From: Octopus vulgaris
Taxonomy: Eukaryota
NCBI GenBank assembly: GCA_951406725.2
Contig: OX597817.1
Location: 140,058,001 to 140,122,000, forward strand
Reading direction: 5' to 3'
DNA length: 64,000 nt
Shown: in pieces, positions 63,128-64,000 of the stretch
How the letters are laid out: each line of letters starts with the position of its first letter
Position numbering within the stretch: position 1 is the first letter of the stretch
The notes under the pieces: generated by a model
The model's input: only the letters and a program-made list of their open reading frames with translations
Told to the model about the DNA's origin: nothing
Database searches by the model: none
Translations under genes and position numbers: made by a program

Positions 63128-63526
63128 GTATATATAGAGATAGGTATGTGTGTATATATATATGTATATATGTATGTATATGTAATACACGTATGTATAA
63201 TAGATATGTGTACGTGTACGGAACATGCCAAATTTATATGTACGAGGAAGCAATATAATGGATGAGAGAAGATTACTAAATAATACAGTTGTTAGGATAT
63301 GTGAGAGACTGGCGATGGAATCAGCAATTGAGACGTTAGAATATTAAATAGAATGCTTAGAGAATTGGCGAGGAAAAGTTCCTGATCGGAAGACAAAACA
63401 ATTGGTGAAGAGATTCTTGTAAAACAAAACGAAAAGATACAGCTACATAATGCATGCATGCATATATACACACATACATACATACATGCATGCATACACA
63501 CACACATACATACATACATACATACA

Positions 63527-63557
<31 letters not shown>

Positions 63558-63635
63558 TATATACATATAAATAATATATATATAAATATACATTTGCATA
63601 CATATGTATATATGTGTATATATATATATATATAA

Positions 63636-64000
63636 CTAGCAGTATCGCCCGGCGTTGCTCGGGTTTGTAAGGGAAATAACTATATAAGCATTTTTAGAGA
63701 TGTAAAGTATAATAGCCATCTCAATATGGCTAACAACAAAGGGGGGGGGGGTTACTGTAGCTTTTTACGTTCTGAGATTTAATAATAAATTTTTAGAGAG
63801 TTACTTCCCTTATATATGCCAAAAATGCATTAAAATGGGAAAAATTGATGGTAATTTTTTTAAATCGTAGACTCATCGTAGACGCGCGCTAATACCCAGA
63901 AGGGCTCGATATGAATCACGACTATAAGATACCCGGTTTTGGTTAAACTGCACCGCAAAATGTGGGAGTAGTTAGGAATCTAAATCGTAGGAGACAGACA
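63636..64000 (-). mobile_element. Non-autonomous Helitron, runs off the window
   Basis: Same family as 6836-7129; CTAG end and CCCG..CGGG hairpin. Confidence 0.85.

Noticed and set aside
62658-63137. 159-aa Ser-rich ORF
   Set aside because: Built from TCC/TCA/GCA and TA repeats with no supported exon structure

Overview
AT-rich, microsatellite-saturated eukaryotic non-coding DNA; the repeat landscape resembles coleoid cephalopod (Octopus-like) genomes, which is an inference. No host gene can be supported, and nearly all short ORFs in the track are translated microsatellites. Supported content: (i) a near-intact CR1/L2-group LINE at 8.7-12.85 kb (PHD + poly-Q ORF1; APE-RT ORF2 in the -1 frame, entered over a GGGAAAC slippery heptamer with no usable ATG); (ii) a near-intact R4/Dong-clade RLE retrotransposon at 50.5-54.5 kb (minus) plus a same-orientation pile of decayed Dong copies separated by (TAA)n; (iii) RTE fragments; (iv) Penelope-like remnants (GIY-YIG fragments) and numerous minimal hammerhead-ribozyme-like motifs, several with core variants; (v) at least three tRNA-derived SINE families, Helitron-like and TIR miniature elements. 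Most notable: one SINE family appears in three states with the same junction (inserted into its own family with a 15-bp TSD; a dimer moved under one TSD; a 184-bp tandem array), suggesting a self-targeting, self-concatenating SINE. Coordinates of decayed repeats are approximate.
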